From positions 356 through 64,355 of the forward strand of contig JANWLH010000124.1 of assembly GCA_025450915.1 (NCBI GenBank): DNA of 64,000 nucleotides, written 5' to 3'. The notes under the pieces were generated by a model. That model ran no database searches and was not told where the DNA came from. It saw only the letters and a list, made by a program, of their open reading frames with translations. Made by a program: the position numbers and the translations under genes. The stretch is from Candidatus Limnocylindrales bacterium. GTDB taxonomy: Bacteria > Chloroflexota > Limnocylindria > Limnocylindrales > CSP1-4. Positions 17,334 through 26,362 of the stretch are shown piece by piece; the first letter of the stretch is position 1, and each line of letters opens with the position of its first letter.

Positions 17334-18205
17334 TGCCGCCGATCGTGGCCGGGGCCGTGACGGCCGTCGCCTATGCCATCTCGACGCTCACCTCGGCGCG
17401 GGCCAGCCGGATCGCCGGTCCCGTGCCGTCGGTGGCCGGGGTGATGGTGGTCGGGTCGATCCTGTTGCTGCCGGTTGCCCTGCTCGTCACGCCGCTGCCG
17501 ACGGTGCCCGCCGTGGCCGCTTCGACGTTCGCCTGGTCGGCCGTCGCCGGCGCGGCCAACGTCGGCGGCCTCCTGCTCGCCTACGCGGGCTACCGGATCG
17601 GCGCGGTGGGCGTCGTCTCGACGATCGGCTCGACCGAAGGGGCGATCGCTGCGGTCATCTCGGTCCTGGCCGGGCAGGTCCTGGCCGCGGGGTCCGGGCC
17701 GGCCCTGGCGCTGGTCGCGATCGGGGTGATGCTGGCAGCGACCGGCGGTGGCCATGAGCTCGAGGAGGGCCGGACCATCGAGCGTCGGCAGTCGCTGCGG
17801 GCGGCCGGCTTCGCGGGCTGTGGCGCCCTGCTCCTGGGCATCGGGCTGTTCGTGGCCGGCCAGGTGAGCACGACCCTGCCGGCGGCGTGGGTCGTCCTGC
17901 CGGGCCGAATCGTCGGGGTCGCGCTGGTGACGATTCCGGTGACCCTGATGGGTCGCCTGCGGATCCCGCGGGCGGCCCTGAGGTACGTCCTTGCGACGGG
18001 CCTGGTCGAGGTGATCGGCCTGACCTCGTTCTCGATCGGCGCCCGGCAGGACATCGCGGTGACCTCGGTCCTCGGCTCGATGTTCGCGCCGCTGGCGGCG
18101 CTCGCGGCCTTCGTCCTGTTCAAGGAACGCCTCGCCCGGCGGCAGGTGCTGGGAATCGCCCTGGTCGTGGCCGGGATCGCGATCCTCGGTGCGCTGACCG
18201 TCTAG
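17333..18205 (+). CDS. EamA/DMT-family membrane transporter
   Basis: ATG 17333 overlaps the preceding stop (TGATG). About 10 hydrophobic helices in two EamA-like halves. Confidence 0.8.
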   Translation: MPPIVAGAVTAVAYAISTLTSARASRIAGPVPSVAGVMVVGSILLLPVALLVTPLPTVPAVAASTFAWSAVAGAANVGGLLLAYAGYRIGAVGVVSTIGSTEGAIAAVISVLAGQVLAAGSGPALALVAIGVMLAATGGGHELEEGRTIERRQSLRAAGFAGCGALLLGIGLFVAGQVSTTLPAAWVVLPGRIVGVALVTIPVTLMGRLRIPRAALRYVLATGLVEVIGLTSFSIGARQDIAVTSVLGSMFAPLAALAAFVLFKERLARRQVLGIALVVAGIAILGALTV

Positions 18206-18232
18206 CCCGTAGCTCAGGAAGGCTCACTCCTC

Positions 18233-19075
18233 ATGCAGCTGGTCTACAACTCGAACTCGACGATGCACCTGCCGGCGCTGATGCAGATCCGGCTGGCCCG
18301 GGAGACCGGCTGGGACGGGGTCTTCCTGCGCGAGGAGCATCTCCGCCGGTATCTCGCCCAGGGCTATGACCTGGCCAGCCTCCGATCAGCGCTGGCCGGG
18401 CTCGAGCCGGTCAACCTGGGGGCCCTGGCCGACGTCGAACGCTGGCAGCCTGACGAGCGGTCGAACATGCTCCGCGAGGCGGACGCGCTGACGGAGCTGG
18501 CAGCCGGTATCGGCGCCACGTTCATCCAGCTCCTCAGCGGGCCGGTCCAGCCGGGCGGCACGTATCGCGGACCGGGCGGCCTGTCGCGCGCGGAACGGCG
18601 CGACGTGACGGCGAGCGCGCTGCGCGCCGTTGCTCGCACCGGCGCAGCGCGCGGGATTCGCTACTACCTCGAACCGATCGCCTGGACGCCCCTGGCGCCG
18701 CTCGCCGAGGCCGTCGAGGCGGTCGATGCAGCGGAGGCCGACAACATCGGCCTGGTCCTCGACTTCTGGCACCTCTGGCAGGCCGGAACGACCCCCGACG
18801 AGGTCGCCCGGCTCGATCCGCGGATCATCTTCGGGGTCGATTTCGCCGATTCGCTCGGTGCACCCGGTTCGCCCGACCCGGACCAGCTCAGCCGGCGGGT
18901 GTGGCCCGGTGAAGGTTCGATGCCCCTCGCCGAATGGGTTGACGCCGTGCGTGCCACCGGCTTCGATGGCTGGTGGGACAATGAGCTGTACAGCCCGTTT
19001 CATTGGGAGCGGGCGGACCCGGTCGCCGTGGCAAGCGGGCTTCGCGAGGTGCTCCTCGAGGTGCTCCGGACCTGA
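18233..19075 (+). CDS. Sugar phosphate isomerase/epimerase (xylose isomerase-like TIM barrel)
   Basis: 280-aa ORF with ATG start preceded by AGGAAGG. Blocks YYLEPIAW, LVLDFWHLW and DNELYSP are typical of the family. Confidence 0.85.
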   Translation: MQLVYNSNSTMHLPALMQIRLARETGWDGVFLREEHLRRYLAQGYDLASLRSALAGLEPVNLGALADVERWQPDERSNMLREADALTELAAGIGATFIQLLSGPVQPGGTYRGPGGLSRAERRDVTASALRAVARTGAARGIRYYLEPIAWTPLAPLAEAVEAVDAAEADNIGLVLDFWHLWQAGTTPDEVARLDPRIIFGVDFADSLGAPGSPDPDQLSRRVWPGEGSMPLAEWVDAVRATGFDGWWDNELYSPFHWERADPVAVASGLREVLLEVLRT

Positions 19076-19088
19076 CGCGCGGCGCTTG

Positions 19089-19117
19089 TTGACGATGTGC
19101 AGGGCCGATGCTACGGT
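19089..19117 (+). promoter_or_regulatory. Candidate promoter of the LacI-type regulator gene (TTGACG-17-TACGGT)
   Basis: -35-like TTGACG at 19089-19094 and -10-like TACGGT at 19112-19117, followed by operator site 3. Confidence 0.35.
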
Positions 19118-19122
19118 CGGTG

Positions 19123-19136
19123 CGCAATCGGTTGCT
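19123..19136. promoter_or_regulatory. LacI-type operator candidate, site 3 (CGCAATCGGTTGCT)
   Basis: The core GCAATCGGTTGC is identical to site 2. It lies 6 nt after the -10-like hexamer and about 10 nt upstream of the regulator start, consistent with autoregulation. Confidence 0.5.
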
Positions 19137-19145
19137 TTGCGGAGG

Positions 19146-20243
19146 ATGAGGTCCGGTGAGAGCGGGCGCTTGGTAGCCAGCGGATACCCGGCCGGACCAC
19201 GCCGGCGGATCCTGCTCAAGGATGTCGCCACCTCGGCGAACGTCTCCGGCTCGACCGCTTCGCGGGCCCTGGCCGACGACCCCCGGATCAGCCTGGCAAC
19301 CCGGCTGTCCGTGAAGGCCGCCGCGGCCGAGCTCAACTACGTCCCCAACGCGGCGGCTCGCAGCCTGCGCATGAAGCACACCCGGACACTCGGCCTGCTG
19401 ATCCCCGACCTGCGCGATCCGGTCCATGGCCAGGTCGCCTCGGGCTTCGAGGAAGAGGCCCGCCGGAGCGGCTACTGCGTGATCATGGTGGCCGGCGAGA
19501 ACGAGCCGGCCCGCGAACGCCTGGCCCTCAAGATCTTTGCCGAGCATGGCGCCGATGGTGTCGCGATCGTGTCCGGCGCGATCTCGCCCAGGGAGGCTCG
19601 CGAGCGGGTCGACCCGGAACGCCTGATCCTCGTCCAGCCCGACCACCACAGTCTGCCCCGCCGCGAAGGGGTCGTGCCGCCCGGGGTGATCCTGACCGAC
19701 GATGCCGGCGGGCTCAAGGCCGCCGTCAATCACCTCGTCGACAATGGCTACCGCCGGATCGCGTACGTCGAGGGCGGCGGCGGCGCGACCAACAAGGTTC
19801 GCTCGGAAGCAGTCGCGACCACCCTCCGCAGCCGGGGCGTCAAGACGGCGCTGCGCACGTTCGGCGCCGGCGACGACACCTGGCGGGACCCGACCGAGCT
19901 GGCTTCGGAGATCGCCACGGACCTGCCCGAAGCCCTGGTCTGCTACGACGACAAGCTGGCCCTCGCCCTGATGGACGCGTTGCGCAAGCTCAGGATCCGG
20001 GTCCCCGAAGATATCGGCATGGTCGGCTTCGACGGGATCCCGTTCGCGGCCATCTCCAATCCCCGCCTGACGACCGTGGCCACGCCGGCCGGCGAGATGG
20101 GCCGCCTCGCCGCGGCGTCGCTGGTCCGGACGATCCAGGTGGGTGCCCGCCTCGAGGCGGTCCTCCTGCCACCCGACCTGATCGTCCGCGAGAGCACCCG
20201 GACCTTGTCCCCGCCGACCCGCAACCACGACCCGCGGAGCTGA
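19146..20243 (+). CDS. LacI-family transcriptional regulator (candidate repressor of the inositol island)
   Basis: Lies in ORF 18630..20243. The HTH ILLKDVATSANVSGSTASRALADDPRISLATRLSVKAAAAELNYVPNAAARSL is followed by a periplasmic-binding-protein-like core. The start is ATG 19146 or TTG 19170 (uncertain). Confidence 0.9.
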   Translation: MRSGESGRLVASGYPAGPRRRILLKDVATSANVSGSTASRALADDPRISLATRLSVKAAAAELNYVPNAAARSLRMKHTRTLGLLIPDLRDPVHGQVASGFEEEARRSGYCVIMVAGENEPARERLALKIFAEHGADGVAIVSGAISPREARERVDPERLILVQPDHHSLPRREGVVPPGVILTDDAGGLKAAVNHLVDNGYRRIAYVEGGGGATNKVRSEAVATTLRSRGVKTALRTFGAGDDTWRDPTELASEIATDLPEALVCYDDKLALALMDALRKLRIRVPEDIGMVGFDGIPFAAISNPRLTTVATPAGEMGRLAAASLVRTIQVGARLEAVLLPPDLIVRESTRTLSPPTRNHDPRS

Positions 20244-20247
20244 CGGC

Positions 20248-21291
20248 ATGAGCACCTTCACGGTGGGCGACCCGGCCAGCATCGGAGTTGCCTTCCTGGG
20301 CGTCGGCCGGATGGGCCAGACCCATATCCAGACCCTTGGCGGGATACGCAACGTACGGGTCCTCGTGGTTGCCGACCAGGATCCGGCGGCGGCCGAGCGC
20401 GGGCGGCAGATTGCTCGGGCCGGACGGGCGACGAGCGACCCGCTCGATGCGATCAACGACCCGGCGGTCGAGGCGGTGGTCATCTCCACGCCCACCGATA
20501 CCCATGCCACCCTGATCGAGGCAGCCCTGCGGGCAGGCAAGGCGATCTGGAGCGAGAAGCCGATCGCCCTGAACCTGGTCGAGACCAGCCGGGTCGTCAA
20601 CGTGTGGCGGACGGCGGGCCTTCCCGTGCAGCTCGGCTTCATGCGCCGGTTCGACCCGGGCTATGTCCGGGCCAAGGCCCTGATCGATGCCGGCGAGCTG
20701 GGCCGGATCGAGCAGTTCCGGGCCTATTCACGCGACACCTACCCGCCGTCCGCCGAGTTCATCAAGGGCAGCGGTGGCTCGTTCCTGGACATGGCCGTCC
20801 ACGACTTCGACCTGGCCCGGTTCCTGGTTGGCGAGGTCGAGGAGGTCTCGTCGTGGGGCAATGTCCTGATCGACGAGCGGTTCAGCAGAGGTGACGACAT
20901 CGACACGTCGGTGACGATGCTCCGCTTCCGCAACGGCGCCCTGGGCGTTGTCGAGATGTCGCGTCGCTCCGTCTGGGGCTACGACATCCGGACCGAAGTG
21001 GCCGGCGCAACGGGCAAGGTCGTCGTCGAGGCGCCCGTCAAGACGCCGATCACCTTCTCGCGCCGGTTCGGCTTCGAGGGCGATCACTACGAGAACTTTC
21101 CCGACCGCTTCGAGGTCGCCTATCGGCTCGAGCTCGAGGCGTTCTTCGAGACGCTGGCGGCAGGGCGAACGCCCACGCCGGGACCCGAGGAGGCCCTCGA
21201 AACACTGCGCCTGGCCGTTGCCGCCCGGCGCAGCTGGCGCGAAGGCCGGCCGGTGAAGCTCGACGACGTGACGATCGAGAATCCGGACTGA
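20248..21291 (+). CDS. iolG: Gfo/Idh/MocA-family oxidoreductase, inositol 2-dehydrogenase-like (IolG)
   Basis: 347-aa ORF. Rossmann N-terminus VAFLGVGRMGQTH, EKP motif (IWSEKPIA), and VQLGFMRRFDPGYV, which closely resembles the B. subtilis IolG block VQVGFMRRYDSGYV (from memory). Confidence 0.82.
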   Translation: MSTFTVGDPASIGVAFLGVGRMGQTHIQTLGGIRNVRVLVVADQDPAAAERGRQIARAGRATSDPLDAINDPAVEAVVISTPTDTHATLIEAALRAGKAIWSEKPIALNLVETSRVVNVWRTAGLPVQLGFMRRFDPGYVRAKALIDAGELGRIEQFRAYSRDTYPPSAEFIKGSGGSFLDMAVHDFDLARFLVGEVEEVSSWGNVLIDERFSRGDDIDTSVTMLRFRNGALGVVEMSRRSVWGYDIRTEVAGATGKVVVEAPVKTPITFSRRFGFEGDHYENFPDRFEVAYRLELEAFFETLAAGRTPTPGPEEALETLRLAVAARRSWREGRPVKLDDVTIENPD

Positions 21292-21321
21292 GGCCTTCCT
21301 CGCCGCGGCCCGCCTGACCGA

Positions 21322-23904
21322 TCAGGGCCTGGCGATGCGCCGCCGGAGCGTCTCGAGGCTCGAGTCGAAGAAATCGACCATCCGGGCCCGCTCGGACGGC
21401 TGGGCGATCGCGGCCAGCTCGGCCACCCAGGTCCGCGCCCCGAGCATGATCTGCTCGACGAGCGCGCCGTCCTGCAGCGCAGGGATGAGCGGTGAATCCC
21501 GGACCTCGACGTAGACCGGCGAAGTGTGCGCGGCCATCGAGGTCGTGAACGCGGAGTGGATCTCGTCGGCGCTTCGTGAGCGCGCCGCGATCCAGGCGCC
21601 GGCGGTGACCTCGACCCGCTCGTGGAGGCGCAGCTCGCTCGACCCGGCGGGGTCGCTCGTCGCGGCGGCGACCCGCCCGTTGATCACGAGCTCGACGTGG
21701 GTGATCACCGGCTGGGCCGCCCGGGCACGAACGATGACGTCGAGCCGGCCGGCGGACGGCAGCGCGATGACCGCCCCCGGCTCGTGCCCGTCGACGGCCA
21801 GCTCGAGCACCGGCCCGGAGGTCACGAATGTCCTCCCGGCCCGAACCGCGGCCGCCCAGGAGTCGAAGGTCAGTGCGTCGTCGTCGAGAAGGTGCCCGTA
21901 GGTCCGGACCGCCCCGACCGGCACCTCGGCGGACATCTTGTCGGTACCGGCCACCACGGGCAGGCGGTAGCCCAGGTTCAGGAAGCGGTACCACTCGAGC
22001 ACGGCCGGGTCGTCGAGGCCGGGCGACAGCGCCTGGGTCTCGATTGCATCGATCTTGCCGGCCACGATATCGGCCGCGATCTCCGCGTAGGGCAGTGGGA
22101 AGTGAGCCGCGACGACGAGCCCGCCGGCGGCCCGGCAGCGGTCGGCCCAATCGGCGAGGAGGACGCTCAGGGCGCCGGCCATCCGTCCTTCCGGTGGACC
22201 GCCGCTGGCCAGCGGGCTGGTGGGCCGGTGGGCGCCCAGCAGGGCCAGGTGGCCGAGCATGTTCTGGCGGTTCTCCGTCCCGACCACGATCATCCGGCGC
22301 CCGGCCGGATCGGCCAGCGAGCCGAACGGCAGGTCGGCGACGTTCGTGAACAGGTCGCCCCACTGGGCCGCGAGGAGGTTCACGAGGTCGAGGTCCTCGG
22401 CCGCCGCCTGGAGGAGTGCGCTCGACGGCGAGAGGAAGTGGACGTGGGTGTCCGCAGTCACCCAGCGCCCGGCATGGAGGTCGATCGCCCGCTCGAGAGG
22501 CAGCTCGAGCCGGCCGGTTGATCCATCGATCGCCAGCCGGGCTCGATACGGCCGCCGGTCGAAACCGCCGACGACCTCGACGTCGACGGCCCCCTGCGGC
22601 AGGTCGATCGAGAACCGGCCGGGAACGTAGGCGTAGGCCGCGGAGCCGAGGATCAGGTCGGCTCCGGTGTCTTCGAAGAACCCGGGATTGATCTCGTCGC
22701 GGTGGCCGCGCGGTGGGAGATAGCGGCCGTCGGCCGTCGTGAACCGGACGCGCGCCGGGATGCGCTCACCGCTCGGCGGGTCGACGATCTCGACGTCCAC
22801 TGGGAGGTCCGCGGCCGGGAGCAGCTCGATCGACCGGCGGCCAGCCGGGTCGGAGCCGGGGCTCCCCGCCAGCAGGTCCCGGCCGGCGATCCTCCAGCCA
22901 TCGAGGCTGAGCAGGCCGTCCGGGGCCAGCGCCAGGTCGACGATCAGCTCCGGCGGGCGACCGGCCTCGCGCTGGGTCCGATCGCTGCCCCAGCCGATGA
23001 CGGCCGAGCCGCTCCCGTCCCCGTCCGCGGCCGGCGCCGCGCGAGCCCGGCGTGTCCGGATGATCGTGCCCAGGTCGACCCGTGCCTCGTCGCCGGCCAG
23101 CCCGCCGATCCGCACCTGGAAGCGCGGGCTGTGCGCGAGCGGATTGGCCGACCCGCGAAACACGCTGACCGCCGCGAGGATCAGGTCGCTGCCCGGCCGG
23201 CCGGCGCTGAGTGGCTCGAGCTGGAGGGCGACGGGCACGGCGCCAGGACCAAGCTCGATGGCGTGGAGCCAGAGGAGCGCGTCGTCGGTGGCGCTGGGCA
23301 CGAAGTCGGTCATCCCGGTCTGGCTCGTGCCGTACGTCCCGGGCATGATTGTCAGTGTTCCGGACTGCCCGGTGGGCGCATACCGGCCCGGCTCCTGGAT
23401 CGCGTGCGGACCGCGCCAGTCGAGCACCTCGTTATTGCGGTGGGCGATCGCCGCGAACGCTCCGGATCCCCAGCCCAGGATCCCGTCGTTGACCTCGAAC
23501 CGACGGCGGATCACGCGCGCCGTCCTGCGCCCCGCCGTGTCGACGACCGTGTACCGCGCCAGCTGCTCGCCGACCGGCACGACATGGCCGACTGCCAGGC
23601 CGGCCGGCCGCCGGCCGGCGTCGTCCCGCCAGGTGTCACACAGGTGGGCGACCAGGAGGTGGCTGGCCGGCCCGACATTCCCGATCTCGATCGTGATCGG
23701 CCGATCGATCAGGACCCAGCGCGCGTCCGGTGATCCGGGACCCAGCTCGAACGGCAGCCCGTGGAAGACCTGGCGCCCGCTTGGCAGGCGCCCCAGCGCG
23801 GCCCCGTAGAGGTCCTGGAAGCGCGGGCCGAGCCCGCTCTCGGTGGCGTTCCGCCAGTGGTCGATGTCGACGGTCGCGGCGAGCGGACTGCCGCTCACGG
23901 ACAT
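21322..23904 (-). CDS. Large PHP-domain metallohydrolase-like protein (CehA/McbA-like), paralogue B, 860 aa
   Basis: Collinear with paralogue A over its full length. Shared blocks include LVAHLCDTWRD/VVAHFADSWRD, RRRFEVNDGILGWG/RRRFEIADGIIGWG, TADTHVHF/TSDSHVHF, GTENRQNMLGHLALLG and AGTDKMSAEVPVGAVRTY. Confidence 0.85.
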   Translation of the reverse strand: MSVSGSPLAATVDIDHWRNATESGLGPRFQDLYGAALGRLPSGRQVFHGLPFELGPGSPDARWVLIDRPITIEIGNVGPASHLLVAHLCDTWRDDAGRRPAGLAVGHVVPVGEQLARYTVVDTAGRRTARVIRRRFEVNDGILGWGSGAFAAIAHRNNEVLDWRGPHAIQEPGRYAPTGQSGTLTIMPGTYGTSQTGMTDFVPSATDDALLWLHAIELGPGAVPVALQLEPLSAGRPGSDLILAAVSVFRGSANPLAHSPRFQVRIGGLAGDEARVDLGTIIRTRRARAAPAADGDGSGSAVIGWGSDRTQREAGRPPELIVDLALAPDGLLSLDGWRIAGRDLLAGSPGSDPAGRRSIELLPAADLPVDVEIVDPPSGERIPARVRFTTADGRYLPPRGHRDEINPGFFEDTGADLILGSAAYAYVPGRFSIDLPQGAVDVEVVGGFDRRPYRARLAIDGSTGRLELPLERAIDLHAGRWVTADTHVHFLSPSSALLQAAAEDLDLVNLLAAQWGDLFTNVADLPFGSLADPAGRRMIVVGTENRQNMLGHLALLGAHRPTSPLASGGPPEGRMAGALSVLLADWADRCRAAGGLVVAAHFPLPYAEIAADIVAGKIDAIETQALSPGLDDPAVLEWYRFLNLGYRLPVVAGTDKMSAEVPVGAVRTYGHLLDDDALTFDSWAAAVRAGRTFVTSGPVLELAVDGHEPGAVIALPSAGRLDVIVRARAAQPVITHVELVINGRVAAATSDPAGSSELRLHERVEVTAGAWIAARSRSADEIHSAFTTSMAAHTSPVYVEVRDSPLIPALQDGALVEQIMLGARTWVAELAAIAQPSERARMVDFFDSSLETLRRRIARP

Positions 23905-23930
23905 CCGGGCCGCGATCCGCGCTGTCCATA

Positions 23931-23959
23931 TTGACGGGCCATATACCAGACGCTAGCAT
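23931..23959 (+). promoter_or_regulatory. Candidate promoter of the Pot-type importer operon (TTGACG-17-TAGCAT)
   Basis: -35-like TTGACG at 23931-23936, a 17-nt spacer, and -10-like TAGCAT at 23954-23959, in the 104-bp divergent region shared with paralogue B. Confidence 0.4.
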
Positions 23960-23961
23960 CG

Positions 23962-23975
23962 TACAAACGGTTGCA
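23962..23975. promoter_or_regulatory. LacI-type operator candidate, site 4 (TACAAACGGTTGCA)
   Basis: Begins 3 nt after the -10-like hexamer and shares CGGTTGCA with sites 2 and 3. Confidence 0.45.
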
Positions 23976-24008
23976 CAAGAGGATGCTTGATGCCCGGATC
24001 TCGAGCCT

Positions 24009-25136
24009 GTGGTCACCAACCAGCCCTGGCCTGGGCGTCCCGCGGACTCCGACTTGGCTGAGCCGGTTCCCGCGATCGAGCTACGCCACGCGACGAAACG
24101 ATATGGCGAAGCCGTCGCCCTCGATGACGTCTCGATGGTCATCCAGCCGGGCGAGTTCTTCTGCCTGCTGGGCCCCTCCGGTTGCGGCAAGACGACGACC
24201 CTCAACCTGATCGGTGGGTTCATCCCGCTGACTTCGGGCGACCTGCTGATCGAGGGTCACACGGTCAACGACCTGCCGCCCCACAAGCGCAATGTGAATA
24301 CGGTCTTCCAGAGCTACGCCCTCTTTCCCCACATGACCGTGGCGGAGAACGTTGCCTTCGGCCTGCGCATGGAGAAGCTGTCGAAGGCCGACATCGCCCA
24401 GCGCACCCGTGAGTACCTGGAGCTCGTCGGGCTGAGCGGCCTCGCCGGTCGCCTGCCGGCGCAGATGTCGGGCGGGCAGCAACAGCGGGTCGCCCTGGCG
24501 CGGGCTTTGGCCAAACGGCCGGCGGTGCTGCTCCTCGACGAGCCGCTCGGGGCCCTGGACCTCAAGCTCCGCAAGCAGATGCAGACCGAGCTGGCCCGAA
24601 TCCATCGGCAGGTCGGGACGACCTTCGTCTTCGTCACCCACGACCAGGAAGAGGCCCTGTCGATGGCGACCCAGATCGCCATCATGTCGAACGGCACGGT
24701 CCTCCAGCAGGGCTCCCCACGGGAGGTCTACGATCGGCCCGCGAACCGGTTCGTGGCCGATTTCGTCGGCGACACGAACTTCCTGGCGGGTACCGTCCGA
24801 CGCGACGGTGGCCAGGCCGTCTTCGATGTCGGCAGCGCGGTCGTGGACGTGCAGGGCGACGCCGAGGCGGGGCCGGCGACGCTGATGATCCGCCCCGAGT
24901 TCCTGGCCCTGCGCCAGGGCGACGCGACCGACGGCCCGCGCGGATTGACGGCCCGCGTCGTCAACGTCGCCTTTCTGGGCAATCACACGCGAATCACGGT
25001 CTCCACCGCGGCAGGCGAGATGGTGGTGGTGAGACCGCACGGGACCAGGGATTCGACCGCAGACACGCAGCGCGAATTGGGTGAGGAGGTTTGCGTATGG
25101 TGGCGAACCGAGAACGCAGCACTGATCCGCGAGTAG
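24009..25136 (+). CDS. ABC transporter ATP-binding protein, PotA-like
   Basis: Walker A GPSGCGKTT, signature MSGGQQQRVALARAL, Walker B LLLDEPLGALD, and VFQSYALFPHMTVAENVAFGLRM, which is typical of PotA-type ATPases. The start (GTG 24009) is uncertain because there is no clear RBS. Confidence 0.88.
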   Translation: MVTNQPWPGRPADSDLAEPVPAIELRHATKRYGEAVALDDVSMVIQPGEFFCLLGPSGCGKTTTLNLIGGFIPLTSGDLLIEGHTVNDLPPHKRNVNTVFQSYALFPHMTVAENVAFGLRMEKLSKADIAQRTREYLELVGLSGLAGRLPAQMSGGQQQRVALARALAKRPAVLLLDEPLGALDLKLRKQMQTELARIHRQVGTTFVFVTHDQEEALSMATQIAIMSNGTVLQQGSPREVYDRPANRFVADFVGDTNFLAGTVRRDGGQAVFDVGSAVVDVQGDAEAGPATLMIRPEFLALRQGDATDGPRGLTARVVNVAFLGNHTRITVSTAAGEMVVVRPHGTRDSTADTQRELGEEVCVWWRTENAALIRE

Positions 25137-25160
25137 CGACATTGATTGGAGGAGGATGGA

Positions 25161-26339
25161 ATGGCTGATCTCAACCGGCATCTCGGTCGCCGAGAGTTCC
25201 TGAGACTCGCCGGGGCGGTCGGAGCAACCGCCGGCCTGGGCGCGTTCCTGGCGGCCTGCGGGGCGAGCGGTGCGACCGCGACGCCGCCGGCGGCGAGCTC
25301 CGCCCCCGTGGCCTCGGGCGCCGCTCCGTCAGCAGCCGCGACGCCCGGGCCGACCGGCACGTTCAACTGGCTCACCTGGGGCGACCACTGGTACCAGGCC
25401 GAGATGGACAAGATCGCGGCCGACATCGGGATCAAGGCGAACATCACCAGCTTCAGCGACGACATCGACGCCTACACGAAGGTCCAGCAGGTCGGCGGCC
25501 AGATCGACCTGGTCTCGGAAGACGCCCTGTGGGTGCCGTACTTCTACCAGCACCAATTGATCGATGCGTTCGACATCAACTCACTGAAGGTGGCCAGCCA
25601 GCTGTACTCGGTCGCCCGCGAATTCTCGATCTGGACCAGCCCCGCCGGCTACCTCGGCTACCCGAACGGCTGGGCGCCGATCCAGATCACCTACGACCCC
25701 GCTCACGTGACCCCGGGCGCCGACTCGTGGCAGCTCCTGCTGGACCCGAAGTACAAGAAGCGCGTCGTCGTCGAGGACCAGCCGGTCGAGGTCATGGCCT
25801 ACATGGGCAAGGCCGCCGGTGTCAAGGATCCCTACAACATGACCGACGCCGAGGTCGCCCAGGCAAAGGCGCTCCTCGTCCAGCTCAAGCCGAACATCCT
25901 GCGCCTCGCGCCGCAGGCCACCGACACCGTCGCGGCCCTCAAGAACGGCGAGGCCTGGATCGCGACGATCAACCTCGGTGCCGACACGGCGGTCATGGAC
26001 CAGGGTGGGCCGAAGCTGACCACGTTCACGCCCAAGGAAGGCTCGATCGGCTGGATGGACGCCGAGATGCTCGTCCACGGCGGGGCCAACAACAACCTGC
26101 TGATGCCGTTCCTCGAGGTCCACGAGCAGGCTGAATACGTTGCCGCCAACTTCATGATCAACCGCCGGCCACTCTTCAGCGAGGCGGCCTACAAGCTGCT
26201 GATCAACCAGGGCCAGCAGGAGCTCGCCGATCACCTGCTCTTCAACAAGCCCGAGACGGTCAACACGATGACCCTCAAGGGTCCGGGTACCTCGACCCAG
26301 GCCGCGATCGCCGCGTTCAACGACGTCTTCGGCTCATAG
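25161..26339 (+). CDS. ABC substrate-binding lipoprotein, PotD/PotF-like (amine-type binding protein), Tat signal
   Basis: ATG 25161 is preceded by GGAGGAGG (25148-25155). Twin-arginine RREFLRLAG plus lipobox LAAC. The mature part resembles spermidine/putrescine-type binding proteins. Confidence 0.88.
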   Translation: MADLNRHLGRREFLRLAGAVGATAGLGAFLAACGASGATATPPAASSAPVASGAAPSAAATPGPTGTFNWLTWGDHWYQAEMDKIAADIGIKANITSFSDDIDAYTKVQQVGGQIDLVSEDALWVPYFYQHQLIDAFDINSLKVASQLYSVAREFSIWTSPAGYLGYPNGWAPIQITYDPAHVTPGADSWQLLLDPKYKKRVVVEDQPVEVMAYMGKAAGVKDPYNMTDAEVAQAKALLVQLKPNILRLAPQATDTVAALKNGEAWIATINLGADTAVMDQGGPKLTTFTPKEGSIGWMDAEMLVHGGANNNLLMPFLEVHEQAEYVAANFMINRRPLFSEAAYKLLINQGQQELADHLLFNKPETVNTMTLKGPGTSTQAAIAAFNDVFGS

Positions 26340-26362
26340 GGCATCGACTAGCCAAACCCGAG

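Noticed and set aside
18888-20642. 584-aa minus-strand ORF opposite the LacI-family and iolG genes
   Set aside because: It is antisense to two genes with clear family motifs and has no motifs of its own.
23971-24210. 79-aa ORF with AAGAGG followed directly by ATG at 23983, downstream of operator site 4; considered as a leader peptide or the true first gene
   Set aside because: It is out of frame with, and overlapped by, the PotA-like gene. Its translation is Ser/Arg/Pro-rich with no motif. It is kept only as a caveat that the PotA-like start codon is uncertain.
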